Shown in pieces: positions 51,328 through 61,947 of a stretch of DNA of 64,000 nucleotides. This DNA comes from an uncultured Actinomycetota bacterium. Its GTDB lineage: Bacteria; Actinomycetota; UBA4738. The DNA is taken from NCBI GenBank assembly GCA_963770955.1, contig CAVYRK010000007.1:10799-74798 (forward strand), written 5' to 3'. Numbering within the stretch: the first letter of the stretch is position 1; each line of letters begins with the position of its first letter. Below the pieces are notes generated by a model. That model saw only the letters and a program-made list of their open reading frames with translations, did not search any database and had not been told where the DNA came from. The position numbers and the translations under genes are program-made.

Positions 51328-52803
51328 CTAGAGAATCGGGTGTCGCAGCGCCACGTGGTCGGACCGCACCGACCGGATGGCCGGGCTCCGAGCAACGCGG
51401 CTGCCACCCGTGATGGCCATGCCGTTCTTCGGCGACACCATCGGCTCGTGACACGCCTTGAGCTGGTTCGGCACGCACGAGCTCCCCGTGGCGTTGGCGA
51501 TCACCGTGTGGGCGACGCCGCCGACGATCGAGGTCGAGATGTAGTCGCCCGACGAACCGGCCGCCGGGGTTCGGCAGCCACGGACAGGCTGATCGGCCCG
51601 AGGATCTGCGTCGGCGCCGACCACGTGCCGCCGCCGTCGGTGGAGCTGACGAAGCCGGCGTCCAGCTGGCAGGCAGCGAACGAGCAGCCGGCGTTCGGGA
51701 AGTAGTAGTACGTCAGCCCCAGGTGCGCCGTGCCGCCCGACGTGGCCCGGTCGACGCCGATCCCCGGGATGAAGTGGTCGACCGTGCCGCCGACCGAGTC
51801 GATCGGGATGCGCACGACCGACGACCACGACTGGCCGTTCATCGACGTGGACATGACGACGTCGTTCGCGCTGCACCCGCTGCGGAAGCGGCAGTCCTGC
51901 CAGACCACGTAGACCTTGCCCGTTCCCGTCGATCTCTGCCGACGGCAGCGGCTCGGTCCGCATGCCGACGACGCCGTGGTCGCTCTGGCTCGAGACGGTG
52001 TACGGGCCGGTGTAGGTCTTGCCGCCGTCGGTCGAGACGATCGACTGGATCTGTCCCGCGTCGGCCAGGTAGGGAACGACGACGTTGCCGTTCGGCTGCG
52101 CCACGGGCTGGCCGCCGAGGCCGTGCGCCCCCGCAACCGAGGCCAGCGTCCACGTCTTCCCGCCGTCGGTCGAGCGGCTCATCATGACCGTGTCGCCGTT
52201 GACGTAGTTGTCCCACTCCGTGTAGCACGTCCCGTAGTTGGGACTGGCCGACCACGTGTCGCACGCGATCCACGTCTTGTCGTAGTCCGAGCCACCGGAC
52301 GGCGTGGAGACGATCACGGGCTTCTTCCAGGTCAGCCCGCCGTCGGTCGACCGGTTCACGAGGGCGGTGTTCACGTTGTCGACCGTGAGCGAGAAACCGA
52401 GCCACACCTTGTGCTTGGGGTCGTACGCGACGGAGGGGTCGCTCACGCGCAGGTACGGACCCGGCGGGTTGGACTGGGCCGTGATGCCGGGCATGAAGCC
52501 GTGGTGCCACGTCGCGCCGGCGTCGGTCGACGTCGCCCACCCGGTGTCGTCCGAGCCGCCGTCGGTGTAGCGACCGGTCTGGAACACGGAGACGATGGTC
52601 GAGCCCCAGCCGAACGTGTCCGGCTCGACCTGCGTCTGGTGCCACAGGTTCCCGGCGAGGTTGGTGAAGGGGTCGTGACTGACCTTCTTGAGCGGAACGT
52701 TCGCGGAAGCGGCCGAGCTCATCGCCAGAACGGTGAGGACCGATACCGGTACGATCGCGAGGCGCCGAAGCCCTCGCGCGATCCGACGCGCGGATGGATG
52801 CAT
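51328..52803 (-). pseudogene. secreted BNR/Asp-box repeat (sialidase-fold) protein, about three frameshifts
   Basis: Signal peptide and Asp-boxes (STDAGATW, STDGGLTW, STDGGKTW, STDGGKTY, STDGGGTW). The middle part is in track ORF 51501..52136. Junctions are at the C run 51919-51921, the G run 51566-51569 and the C run 51548-51550. Confidence 0.75.
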
Positions 52804-52936
52804 CCCCTTCCCCCTTCTCGATTCAGCCGGACAGATGGCCGGAGCAGCTTACGCCCGCCGCGCGAATGGGTCGACCCGCCGGAAGGCCGGATTGCTACCA
52901 TGCGGACGAGGGTTGCCGGGCTGGGCGGCCCGACAC

Positions 52937-53008
52937 GCCCCCGTAGCTCAGCGGATAGAGCGCCGGCCTCCGGAGCCGGAAGCGCAGGTTCGAGTCCTGC
53001 CGGGGGCA
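52937..53008 (+). tRNA. tRNA-Arg (anticodon CCG)
   Basis: Cloverleaf by eye: acceptor GCCCCCG/CGGGGGC, D arm GCTC-AGCGGATA-GAGC, anticodon arm CCGGC-CTCCGGA-GCCGG, T arm GCAGG-TTCGAGT-CCTGC, discriminator A. Only CC follows, so CCA is not fully encoded. Confidence 0.9.
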
Positions 53009-53106
53009 CCTGCTTCTCGATGCGCCGCCGCGAGAACGGCTCGCCGGGGCCTGCGGCTGGGTGAAGCCACAGCAATTCACCGAATAGGGCGAGTGATCTT
53101 GCTTTC

Positions 53107-53123
53107 TCACAGGATATCTGTGA
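53107..53123. promoter_or_regulatory. palindrome TCACAG-GATAT-CTGTGA in an AT-richer leader
   Basis: Perfect 6-bp arms about 80 nt upstream of the 53202 gene, in the least GC-rich stretch of the window. Confidence 0.3.
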
Positions 53124-53201
53124 CTATTCCGTCGCTCGCAAGGGGTGCGGACAACAGTGCGAGCGCTTCACGAGTAGAGCCTCATCGAGAGGGGGAGATG
53201 T

Positions 53202-53921
53202 ATGCGCATACGCACGCTCGTACTTGTTGGTGTCACGTCTCTGGCACTCGCCGCTTCGCCCGCGTTCGTTTCGGGCGCCGGCGCTTCCGTCGGTAAGCGC
53301 GTGCCCGTTTCTCTGGCAGCCGGACACCAGGGCAAGGTCGCAGCCCCGGCCAAGGTCACCGCGACGGGCAAGTGCAAGACGGCCTTCGGGACGGAGCTGG
53401 CGACTCCGGACGGGATCATCGGCTGGAACGACACCTCCGGCACGACGTTCGACACGGCCGGCGCGGCCGACTTCCGGTGCGCCCACAACTCCACCAAGAG
53501 GCAGCGCACCATCCACAAGGTCGTCGTCAACGGCTACTACGGCACCTCTCCGACAGAACAGTTCAACGTCACCTTCTACCGGAACCTGAACGCCGAGCCC
53601 AACGACAACGCCATTCTGTGCGCGACGCAGACGGTGACCGGCTCGCCGAGCGGGGGGCAGTACCCGACGCACGCCACGACCACGATCACGCTCTCCAAGG
53701 CGTGCGTCGCGAAGCCGGGCGTGAACTGGGTCTCGGTGCAGAATTACGACTCTGCGGGTCCGTGGTACTGGGAGATGCAGCAGGAGCAGCAGGGGTTCGC
53801 GCCGGACTGGATCGACCGGCATGACGCGTTCGGCAGCGGCTGCACGACGTTCAACAACGGCCGCTACCTGGTGGACTGCCTGGGCTACAACTACGGCGAC
53901 TGGATGTTCGTCCTCCACTAG
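53202..53921 (+). CDS. secreted Cys-containing hypothetical protein
   Basis: 239 aa. GAGAGGGGGAG precedes the ATG. It has a signal peptide (LALAASPAFVSGAGA) and 6 Cys. I recognise no family. Confidence 0.65.
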   Translation: MRIRTLVLVGVTSLALAASPAFVSGAGASVGKRVPVSLAAGHQGKVAAPAKVTATGKCKTAFGTELATPDGIIGWNDTSGTTFDTAGAADFRCAHNSTKRQRTIHKVVVNGYYGTSPTEQFNVTFYRNLNAEPNDNAILCATQTVTGSPSGGQYPTHATTTITLSKACVAKPGVNWVSVQNYDSAGPWYWEMQQEQQGFAPDWIDRHDAFGSGCTTFNNGRYLVDCLGYNYGDWMFVLH

Positions 53922-53961
53922 ACCAGCAGCCGACAAAGCATCACAGCAAGGTCCGCACCTC

Positions 53962-53992
53962 GAGCGGCCGGCGCCAACGGCGCCGGCCGCTC
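53962..53992. terminator. 14-bp GC hairpin between convergent genes
   Basis: GAGCGGCCGGCGCC-AAC-GGCGCCGGCCGCTC followed by GGCATTTCC. Confidence 0.5.
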
Positions 53993-54009
53993 GGCATTTC
54001 CGCTTCCGG

Positions 54010-54297
54010 TCAGGTGCCGCCCTGCAGGTCCTCCCGGATGCGCTTCAGATCCTCGGCGGTGATCTCCCCCCGTGCGTAGCGCTCCTCGGCCAGGCGGACG
54101 GCCGGCGTCGACCCCGGACCCTTCGGCAGGACGATCCAGAGGACTACGTAGGCGATGAGCCCCCAGCCCATCAGCGCGGCGACGACCCACAGCACCCGGA
54201 CGAGGACCGCGTCCACACCGAAGTACGCGGCCATCCCTCCCGCCACGCCGGCGATCTTCTTGTCCGTCTCGGAGCGTGTGAGCCGCGCGCTGGCCAT
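54010..54297 (-). CDS. PspC-domain membrane protein with a SHOCT-like C-terminus
   Basis: C-terminal 95 aa of track ORF 54010..54570, with ATG at 54295-54297. LTRSETDKKIAGVAGGMAAYFGVDAVLVRVLWV is the PspC motif. The tail is ERYARGEITAEDLKRIREDL. Confidence 0.8.
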   Translation of the reverse strand: MASARLTRSETDKKIAGVAGGMAAYFGVDAVLVRVLWVVAALMGWGLIAYVVLWIVLPKGPGSTPAVRLAEERYARGEITAEDLKRIREDLQGGT

Positions 54298-54373
54298 GCC
54301 GCCTCCCTGAGGTCGAGCACGGAAGTGTAGCCGCGGATGGCATGGCAGATAATTCCACGAGGAGGTGGGTCGG

Positions 54374-54754
54374 ATGGACGAGACGAAGCGTGCGTGGAAC
54401 GACGTCGGAGAAGGCTTCGAGAAGCTCGGGCGGATCATCTCGGAACGGTACCGGCAGCTGGGCGAGGAGCGGGGCGCCAGCCCGCCGGCCGCCGAGGAGC
54501 ATGCCGTCGGCGACGCGATCCGGCAGGCGACCGATGAGCTCGACCGCGCGTTCACGGCGCTGGGCGACACGCTCAGGGACGGCGACGCCCGCGATCACGT
54601 CCGCGATACGGGCCGGAAGCTGGCCGACGCCCTCAAGGTCACGCTGACCGAGGCCGGCGACGAAGTCCGCCGGGTGGTCGGCAGCCGCACGTCGGACGGC
54701 CCGAACGACCCACCGGCATCGGGCCCGCCCGAGGACTCGGACACCTCGGCCTGA
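54374..54754 (+). CDS. hypothetical helical/acidic protein
   Basis: The ATG at 54374 lies 8 nt after GAGGAGG. The gene is divergent from the PspC gene. I recognise no family. Confidence 0.5.
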   Translation: MDETKRAWNDVGEGFEKLGRIISERYRQLGEERGASPPAAEEHAVGDAIRQATDELDRAFTALGDTLRDGDARDHVRDTGRKLADALKVTLTEAGDEVRRVVGSRTSDGPNDPPASGPPEDSDTSA

Positions 54755-54772
54755 CGGTCCGAGTTCTTCGAC

Positions 54773-56447
54773 CTACGGGTGCCCGGCATCGCGATGGGCA
54801 TCGACCCAGCCCTGCGCATCGCGGTGGGCCCGGCGCAGCGTCGCGCCAACCCGTTCGTCCATGCCGTAGATGTCTTCCGGGCGCACCACCTCGGTGATCC
54901 GCGCAACCTGGAGCTGCTCGCGGATCGGATCGTCGACGGACACCAGGACGAGCTTGCTTCCGGCGGCCGCAAGCGCCTCCGCGTACCGGTACAGGACGGC
55001 CAGGAACGTCGTGCCCAGGTCCGAGCGCCCGCGCAGACGCAGGATGACGACCGAGTTGCGCGACGCGTCGATCGGTGCGGGAAGCTGGGACTCGAACACG
55101 GGCGCCGAGGCGAAGAACAGGCTTCCGTACGGCTGGAGGACGACCACCTGGTTCGCCGGGAGGACCTGCGGCGGGTCGCCTTCGATGACCTGCCCGCGGT
55201 CGTCGAGGCGCCAGCTCTTGATCGTGACCTGGTTCGACTGCCGGACGACGTACAGGATGACGGACAGGCCCACGCCGACCAGGACCGCGTACTGGAGCGG
55301 GATGAGCATCGTGAGCGCGAACGTCACCACGAGCACCACACGCTGCACGGTCCCGATCTTCCACTGTGACCTGAGGTCGGCCGGCTTGATCGTCCGGTAC
55401 CCGATCAGCATCAGCAGCCCGGCCAGGGCCGGCATCGCGATGGAGCCGACCGCTCGCCCGAAGGCGACGATGACCACCGCCATCACGACGCCGGCGATCA
55501 GCAGCGATTGGCGGGAACGCGCGCCGGCGGCCTTGTTCAGCAGCGAGGCCGAGAGCGAGCCCCCGACCGGCATTCCCTGGAACACGCCCGAAGCGACGTT
55601 GGCCGCACCCTGGCCGATGAAGTCGCGGCTCGGGTCCGGATACGTGCCGTCGGGGTTCGGAAGGTTGGCCGAGATGCCGGCCCCCTGGACCAATCCGACG
55701 AACGCGAGCGAAGCCGCGGGGATCAGGAGCTCGGGCACCAGCCGGAGCATCGGCATCACCGGGGTGGGGAGCGAGTCGGGCACGATCCCGAGGTCGGAGA
55801 TGGTCGGCACGCTCGTCCACCCCAACGCGGCGGCGGCGGCCGAGGTGGCGACGACGGCCACCACGAGCCCCAGCGACCCGATGGGCGTGTGCTCGAGCGC
55901 CACGATCAGCACGATGGTCGACACGCCGACCGTGAGCGTCGGCACGTCGATCCGGCCCGGGTGGATCAGCGTGTCGAAGGTGCGGGTGATTCGACTCGAT
56001 GCGTCGGACGCGTAGCCGGTGAAGTTCGCCAATTGGCCGAGGACGATGTTCACCCCGACCGCGTTGATGAAGCCGACGACAACCGTCGTCGACACGAAGC
56101 GCAGCACGAACCCGAGCCGCAGCAGGCCGGCGACGAGCATGATGACGCCGGTCAGGATCGAGAGCGTGAACAGCGCGCGAGCGGGGTCGGCAGCCCCGTG
56201 GACGCCGGGAACATCGGCGATGATCATCGACATCGCGCTGGTCGCCTGGACCGCCATGAACGCGGAGCTGGTGAACGCCGGCGCCGGTGACGGTGCCGAC
56301 GAGGTAGGCGTTCAGTCCCGCGAGGGGGTTGACGCCCGCGAGCAGCCCGGTTGCGAGCCCGTCGGGCACGCTCTGCACGCCGAGCACCAGGCCGGCGACG
56401 GCGTCCGCGCGCAGGGTGTCTCGCCGGATCCGGAATGGGAGCCGCAC
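54773..56447 (-). pseudogene. SulP-family anion transporter with a C-terminal STAS domain, one frameshift
   Basis: The N-terminal 55 aa are in track ORF 54639..56447 (GTG start). The rest is in 54773..56257 (FTSSAFMAVQATSAMS...). The junction is at about 56276-56285. The STAS domain is at the end (VVILRLRGRSDLGTTFL). Confidence 0.85.
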
Positions 56448-56542
56448 GGGCAGATGTTCTCACGGCCCCGGATCCCAGCGGCCGAAGCCCGGCATCGGCC
56501 GGGGCCGCCCGGATCGGGCGGCCCCGGCCTCAGCCACTCAGG

Positions 56543-59099
56543 TCAGCTGCCCAGACTCAGCGTCCAGACACCCTGCCCGTGCGTCGCCGCGACGAGCGTG
56601 TTCGACCCGGGGATCGTCGTCAGGTCGGCGATCACGATGGTCGGCAGGCCCCGTCCGAGGAGCTGCCAGCCGCCGGACGCCTGACGCTCGAACACCGCCG
56701 TGTCGGTCCCGATGATCAGGTTGCCGTTCACGAGGATCGCGGAGCTCACCGGCGCATCCGGCAGGTCCGCTGAGATGTCCGTGAACGACTTCCCGCCGTT
56801 GGTGGACTCGAACACGTGCCCGTTGCCGCCGCCGGGGATCCAGTTGCGCGAGTACCCCGACATGGTGAGGTAGACGTGCATGTTGTTGCTCGGGTCCTGC
56901 ACCACGGCCGTGATGTACCGGTTCGGCAGGCCCTTGGCCGCGAGCGAATGCCACGTGCCGCCGATGTTCGACACCAGACCGCTCACGAACGGCGTGGCCC
57001 CGGTGAAGTTCGCCGGGTTGCACGGGCCGCACCAGCCCACGTACATGTCATTGCCGTAGACCGACCCCGCGGTCCCCTGGTGCCCCGAGCCGAGGTCGTT
57101 GAGCGCCGACCAATCCGAACTCGTGGTCGCGTAGCCCTTCGTCGTCGACCAGACCTTCTCGCCCAACGTCACGATGTGGTTCGAGTTCGTCGGGTCGGTG
57201 AAGATCGGCGAGATGAACCGGGGGAACGGGTCTCCGGGCGAGATGGTGGTGTACGTCTTCCCGCCGTTCTGGGACTCGTAGATGTTCATGTTCACGTAGG
57301 AGCCGATCAGCTTCTTCGCGTTGTTCGGATCGATCGCGCCCTCGGCTCCGTCACCGCCGGCGATCGCCGGCCACAGCCGGCTGCCCACGTACTTGACGAA
57401 GCCGTTGTCCTGCAGGCCGCAGATCACGGTCCCATCCGCCGAGGCGACCGCCGAGTAGCACTGCGTCGTCGACTGGTTCGTGTTGTCGTTCGTCCAGTGG
57501 TCGTTGCTCCAGCTCGGCCCCTTCTGCGACCACACACCGCCGTCTCCACCGACGTACAGGACGGGCTTCCCGCCTGCGACGCCCCAGGCCGCTCCGTGCT
57601 GGTCTGGGTGGGTCGTCGTGTGCGGCGGTCGGCCCGGAGTTGCACCAGTCGTTGCCCGTCGGGTTGGACTGGCAGAAGTTCCAGTAGCGGCCGATGACCT
57701 GCCACTTCGCCCCGCCGTCCTTGGAGTTCCAGACCTCCTCGAGCCCCACCACGACGTCCTTCGCGTTGGTCGGGTCGATGGAGACGTACAGGTTGTACCA
57801 GGCCTGGATGCCCGGCTGGTATCCGGGGCCGACGTGCTCGACCGTCAACGCCGACGTCTGGTTGGTCGCCATCTGCTCGGCGCTCTGGACCTCCTTCCAC
57901 GGTCCGCCCGGTCCCTTCGTCGTCTTGTAGACGCCGTCGAACACGGAGTCACCGCCGCCGTTGAACTTCGTCGCGCTCTGCACCGCGGCGTAGATCAGAC
58001 CCGGCTTGGCCGGCGTCGTCGCGAGCGCGACCCGGCCGATGTCGCTCTGGACGTCGAAGCCGGGGGGCGACCCGAGCGGCGACCACGTCTTGCCGTTGTC
58101 GCGCGACGCGTACAGGCCGTTCGTGGAGCCGCCACCGCGGTAACCGACGGCTGCGACGAGCTCGCCGGGGTTGTAGGTCCACGCGACGGACGTGACGAAG
58201 GACTGGAACAACGCGGGGTCACCCGGCACCAGCACGGGCGTCCAGGTGCTGCCCGCGTTGGCCGACCGGTAGAGCCCGCGGTCGGTCGCGGCGAAGACGA
58301 GCCCGCCCTTCGCGCTGGTGATGATCCCGAAGGTGGTCATGCGGTCGAACGTCGTCCCGCCGACCTTCCCCCACGTCCTGCCCCCGTTGATCGAGCGATA
58401 GATCCCGTCGCCGAAGTAGGAGTCCTGATTCGTGTTCGATTCCCCGGTGCCGACGTAGATCGTGTTGTGCGCGCCCGGGGGAATGGCGATGGCGCCGATG
58501 GACTGCGTACCAAGTGCCTGGCTGATCAGCGACCAGGACTTGCCACCGTCGGTCGACTTCCAGACGCCGCCGTCCGCGCCGCCCTCGTAGACCACGTTCG
58601 CGTCGGTGGGATCGACGGCCATGGCCGCCACCCGTCCGGTCGCGTGCCCGATGCCACCGCCGTAGTTGCTCCACACCGGGTCGTGGTACTTGGGTGCGTC
58701 CTGGTTGGTGGGTGCGGGGCCGAGGTTCTGCCAGACGGCGCCGCTCTGCGCCACATTGCCGTCGGCCTGCATCGCCTGGGTGGCCTCGGAGGCCGCCGCG
58801 AGCGCCCCCGACGGAACGTGCTTGCCCGGCGCCGAGCGCTGTCCGTAGAACCACCCGGCGTAGCCGGCGTTCGGGTCGTGGACGGTGGATTCGACCCCGT
58901 GGCTCGTGGCCTCTTGCTCACCCTCTCCCCCACCGTCGCCTTCCGTCGGATGATCGCCCTCGGCCACCGAATGCTTCTCGGTGTGAGAAGCCGCATTGTT
59001 GCTCCGGAGCGCCATTCCGCCCCCCACGGCCGCGAGCACCACCAGAAGCACGGCGACGCCGAGACCGACCCATCGGAGACTCCACCGCGGTTTGGTCAC
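56543..59099 (-). pseudogene. large secreted BNR/Asp-box, sortilin-VPS10/GH74-like double-propeller protein, one frameshift
   Basis: GTG at 59099 follows GGAAGGGGGAG. There is one TM/signal segment. Asp-boxes: KSTDGGKSW, RSINGGRTW, RSANAGSTW, SRDNGKTW, SKDGGAKW, ESQNGGKTY, ESTNGGKSF. The frame changes at the G run 57610-57612 (track ORFs 57351..59129 and 56543..57535). Confidence 0.75.
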
Positions 59100-59211
59100 A
59101 AGCTCCCCCTTCCTATGAAAACAACCCAAAACCGGAAGCCGACCCTATCGCCACTGTTGCTCCATTCGCAACCCCATCCCCCGCCCGCATGCCCGACGAC
59201 GGACAGCGCGC

Positions 59212-60036
59212 TCAGGCGCCGCCGGCGCTCAGCACCCGGACCCGGCGCGTGGGATCGCCGTCGTAGAGACGCATCGCCCACCAGTAGCCGAAGAACCCGA
59301 TCGCGGCGCACCAGGCGACCGCCAACACCGCGTTGTGCCCGATCGGGGTGCCCATCAGCAGCCCGCGAAGGGTCTCGATGATCGGCGTGAACGGCTGGTA
59401 CTCGGCAAAGGCCCCCAGTCCGGCCGACATCGAGTCGGTGGGCACGAAGCCGCTGCCGATGAACACCAGGAGCATCAGGGGCAGCGTCACGTTGCTTGCA
59501 GCCTCCACGCTCTTCGCGTGCAGGCCCAGCGCGACCGAGAGCCAGGTGATCGCGACCGTCACCATCGCGAGCAGCCCGGCCGCCGCCACCCATTCCCCGG
59601 GGCCGGCGTTCGGCCGGAAGCCGATCGCCACCGCGATCCCGATCACGGCAACCATGCCGAGCAGCGTCTGCAGGGTGCTGCCCAGGACGTGGCCGTTCAG
59701 CACCGATCCGCGCGCGATGCCCATCGTGCGGAACCGCGCGATGATGCCGTCGGCCATGTCCATCGAGACGGCGAGCGCCGTCCCTTGGGCGACGCCCGCC
59801 ACCGTCACCAGGATGATCCCGGGCGTCACGTAGTTCACGTAGGCCTCCCGCCCGCCAGTCAGGGCGTCGAGCCCCGCGCCCAGCGTGCCCCCGAACGCGT
59901 AGACGAACAGGAGCAGGAGGACCACCGGGATCCCGATGATCATCACCGACGCCGACGGATAGCGCGCCATGTGCTTGAGGTTGCGCCGGAGCATCGTGGC
60001 CGAGTCCGTCAGCGCATACGCATGTCTGTTCGTCAT
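59212..60036 (-). CDS. ABC-2 type exporter permease (DrrB-like)
   Basis: 274 aa with 6 TM segments. ATGA overlap with the ATPase gene. Confidence 0.85.
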   Translation of the reverse strand: MTNRHAYALTDSATMLRRNLKHMARYPSASVMIIGIPVVLLLLFVYAFGGTLGAGLDALTGGREAYVNYVTPGIILVTVAGVAQGTALAVSMDMADGIIARFRTMGIARGSVLNGHVLGSTLQTLLGMVAVIGIAVAIGFRPNAGPGEWVAAAGLLAMVTVAITWLSVALGLHAKSVEAASNVTLPLMLLVFIGSGFVPTDSMSAGLGAFAEYQPFTPIIETLRGLLMGTPIGHNAVLAVAWCAAIGFFGYWWAMRLYDGDPTRRVRVLSAGGA

Positions 60037-60989
60037 TGGGAGTCTCCTTCTTCGTCTGGCCGACCGGTGAGGGCCAGGAACACGTCGTCCAGGTCCGGCG
60101 TGTGGACCGTGAGGCGCTCCACCCGGACCGAGGCACGGTCGAGGAGGTCGAGCAGCTCGCGGAGCGAACCGATGTCGCCGTCGCCCGGGACCTGCAGGGT
60201 GAGAGCCTCATCGTCCCTTCCCCATGCCGGGAAGGCGCGGGCGGCGTCGTCCAGCGCGACGGGATCGGCGAACTCCAGCATGACGTGTCCACCGGGCACC
60301 AGCCGCTTGAGCTCGTCGGGGGTCCCCTCGGCGATCAGCTTCCCGTGGTCGAGCAGCGCCACCCGGTCGGCCAGCTCATCCGCTTCCTCCAGGTAGTGCG
60401 TCGTCAGGAAGATCGTGACCCCTCGGTCCACGAGGCCACGGACGATCCGCCACACGGCGCGCCGGCTTCGCGGATCGAGTCCGGTGGTCGGCTCGTCCAG
60501 GAAGATGATCTGCGGATCGCCCATGAGGGTCATCGCCAGATCCAGCCGGCGGCGAAGGCCGCCGGAGTAGGTGGCGGCCGGCTTCCGACCCTCCTCCACC
60601 AGGTCCAGTTGCTCGAGGAGCACGGCGGCGCGCCGCCGGCCCTCGGCGCGGTCCAGGTGGTGCAGGTCGGCCATCAGCGCCAGGTTCTCCTCCCCCGTCA
60701 GCAGGTTGTCCACGGCCGAGAACTGCCCGGTGACGCCGATCGCGTCGCGAACGGCCTGCGGGTCGCGCGCAGGATCGTGCCCGGCGACGCGAACCTCGCC
60801 GGCGTCGGCGGGGATGAGCGTGGACAGGATCTGCACGGTGGTCGTCTTGCCGGCGCCGTTGGGGCCGAGTAGGGCGAAGACCGAGCCCTTCGCGACGCTG
60901 AGGTCGATGCCGTCCAGCGCCACCGTGTCGCCGAACGACTTCCGCAGGCCGGCGGCTCGCAGCGCCTGCGTCGTCACGGTGGTGGTCAT
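60033..60989 (-). CDS. ABC transporter ATP-binding protein (DrrA-like)
   Basis: The ATG at 60987-60989 follows GAAGGAGGAG. GPNGAGKTT, YSGGLRRRL and IIFLDEPTTGLD. Confidence 0.9.
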   Translation of the reverse strand: MTTTVTTQALRAAGLRKSFGDTVALDGIDLSVAKGSVFALLGPNGAGKTTTVQILSTLIPADAGEVRVAGHDPARDPQAVRDAIGVTGQFSAVDNLLTGEENLALMADLHHLDRAEGRRRAAVLLEQLDLVEEGRKPAATYSGGLRRRLDLAMTLMGDPQIIFLDEPTTGLDPRSRRAVWRIVRGLVDRGVTIFLTTHYLEEADELADRVALLDHGKLIAEGTPDELKRLVPGGHVMLEFADPVALDDAARAFPAWGRDDEALTLQVPGDGDIGSLRELLDLLDRASVRVERLTVHTPDLDDVFLALTGRPDEEGDSQ

Positions 60990-61867
60990 GACTCCTCCTT
61001 CGGGGTGTTGCTCGTGAACGAGCGGTGGATGGTGATGTCGCCCATGGACGTGTGCGCGTGGACCTCGACCGCCTCGTCCTCGGCCCGCGGCCGTTCGGCT
61101 GCGTCCAGGTCGTTGTGCACGGTCCCGAACTTCGTCTCGAGGTCCAGCCACGCGGCAACGCCCTCGCGAACGCCGACGTCCACCGCGCCGAACGCGCTCT
61201 GGGCGACGATGGGCCCGCGCGCAACCTCATCGAGGCGCACGTTGCCGTTGGCGGTCTTGGCCGCGACGGCTGCGCGCGCGACCTCGACCGCGATGGCGCC
61301 GTTTGCCGCCCGCACGCGGATCTCGCCCGTGACCTCGCCGATCCAGGTGTCGCCGTTCGAGTTCTTGATGGACGCCGGTCCGTCGATGCGTCCGATCCGG
61401 ATGGCCCCGGCCGTCTTCACCTCGGCCGTGCCGGCGACCTTCTCGACCGTGACGGCGCCGGCGCCCGCCTTGAGCTCCAACGCACCGGTGCGGTCGAGCA
61501 CGACGTCGCCGACCCCGGTCCGGTAGTGGCACTCACCGATTCGTCCGGTGCAGCGAAAAGTCCCGACGCCTGCGGCCCCGCGCACGGAGGATCCCGACGG
61601 CAACTCGATGCGCACGTCGATCGATTCCTTTCCGCCTGGGCCCCAGGGTGACCGCTGCCGCCACCCCTTCGGCGACCTGACGAGCAGCGCGCCGTTGGCA
61701 TATTCGACGCGGGTCTGCCGCGCTGCGGCCACGTCCGACTTCTTCGAGGGGTCGCTCGGCCGCACGTCGACGACGGTGTCGCGGCGGTCGGTGGCCGCGA
61801 CCCGGATGTCGGCGATCGCGAGCTCCAGCGTGACCGAGATGGGTTCCGGTGTGTCGAAGGTTGGCAT
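60986..61867 (-). CDS. DUF4097-family beta-strand repeat protein
   Basis: 293 aa with ATG 61865-61867 after GAGGAGGAAC. It has repetitive G-x-V/I-x-V strands (VRGAAGVGTFR, LKAGAGAVTVEKVAG, VRAANGAIAVEV, AKTANGNVRLDEV). The stop overlaps the ABC ATPase ATG. Confidence 0.8.
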   Translation of the reverse strand: MPTFDTPEPISVTLELAIADIRVAATDRRDTVVDVRPSDPSKKSDVAAARQTRVEYANGALLVRSPKGWRQRSPWGPGGKESIDVRIELPSGSSVRGAAGVGTFRCTGRIGECHYRTGVGDVVLDRTGALELKAGAGAVTVEKVAGTAEVKTAGAIRIGRIDGPASIKNSNGDTWIGEVTGEIRVRAANGAIAVEVARAAVAAKTANGNVRLDEVARGPIVAQSAFGAVDVGVREGVAAWLDLETKFGTVHNDLDAAERPRAEDEAVEVHAHTSMGDITIHRSFTSNTPKEES

Positions 61868-61947
61868 TTCGTGTTCCTCCTCGTGACTCGTGGTGCCGTG
61901 CCGCTCTTCCGTCCGCCCTGCCGGGGCCGATCCGTCACGCGACGTCA

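Noticed and set aside
52937-56447. Integrated mobile element at tRNA-Arg
   Set aside because: I found no integrase, recombinase or phage gene and no second copy of the tRNA 3' end. Only a short AT-richer stretch and orphan genes are present.
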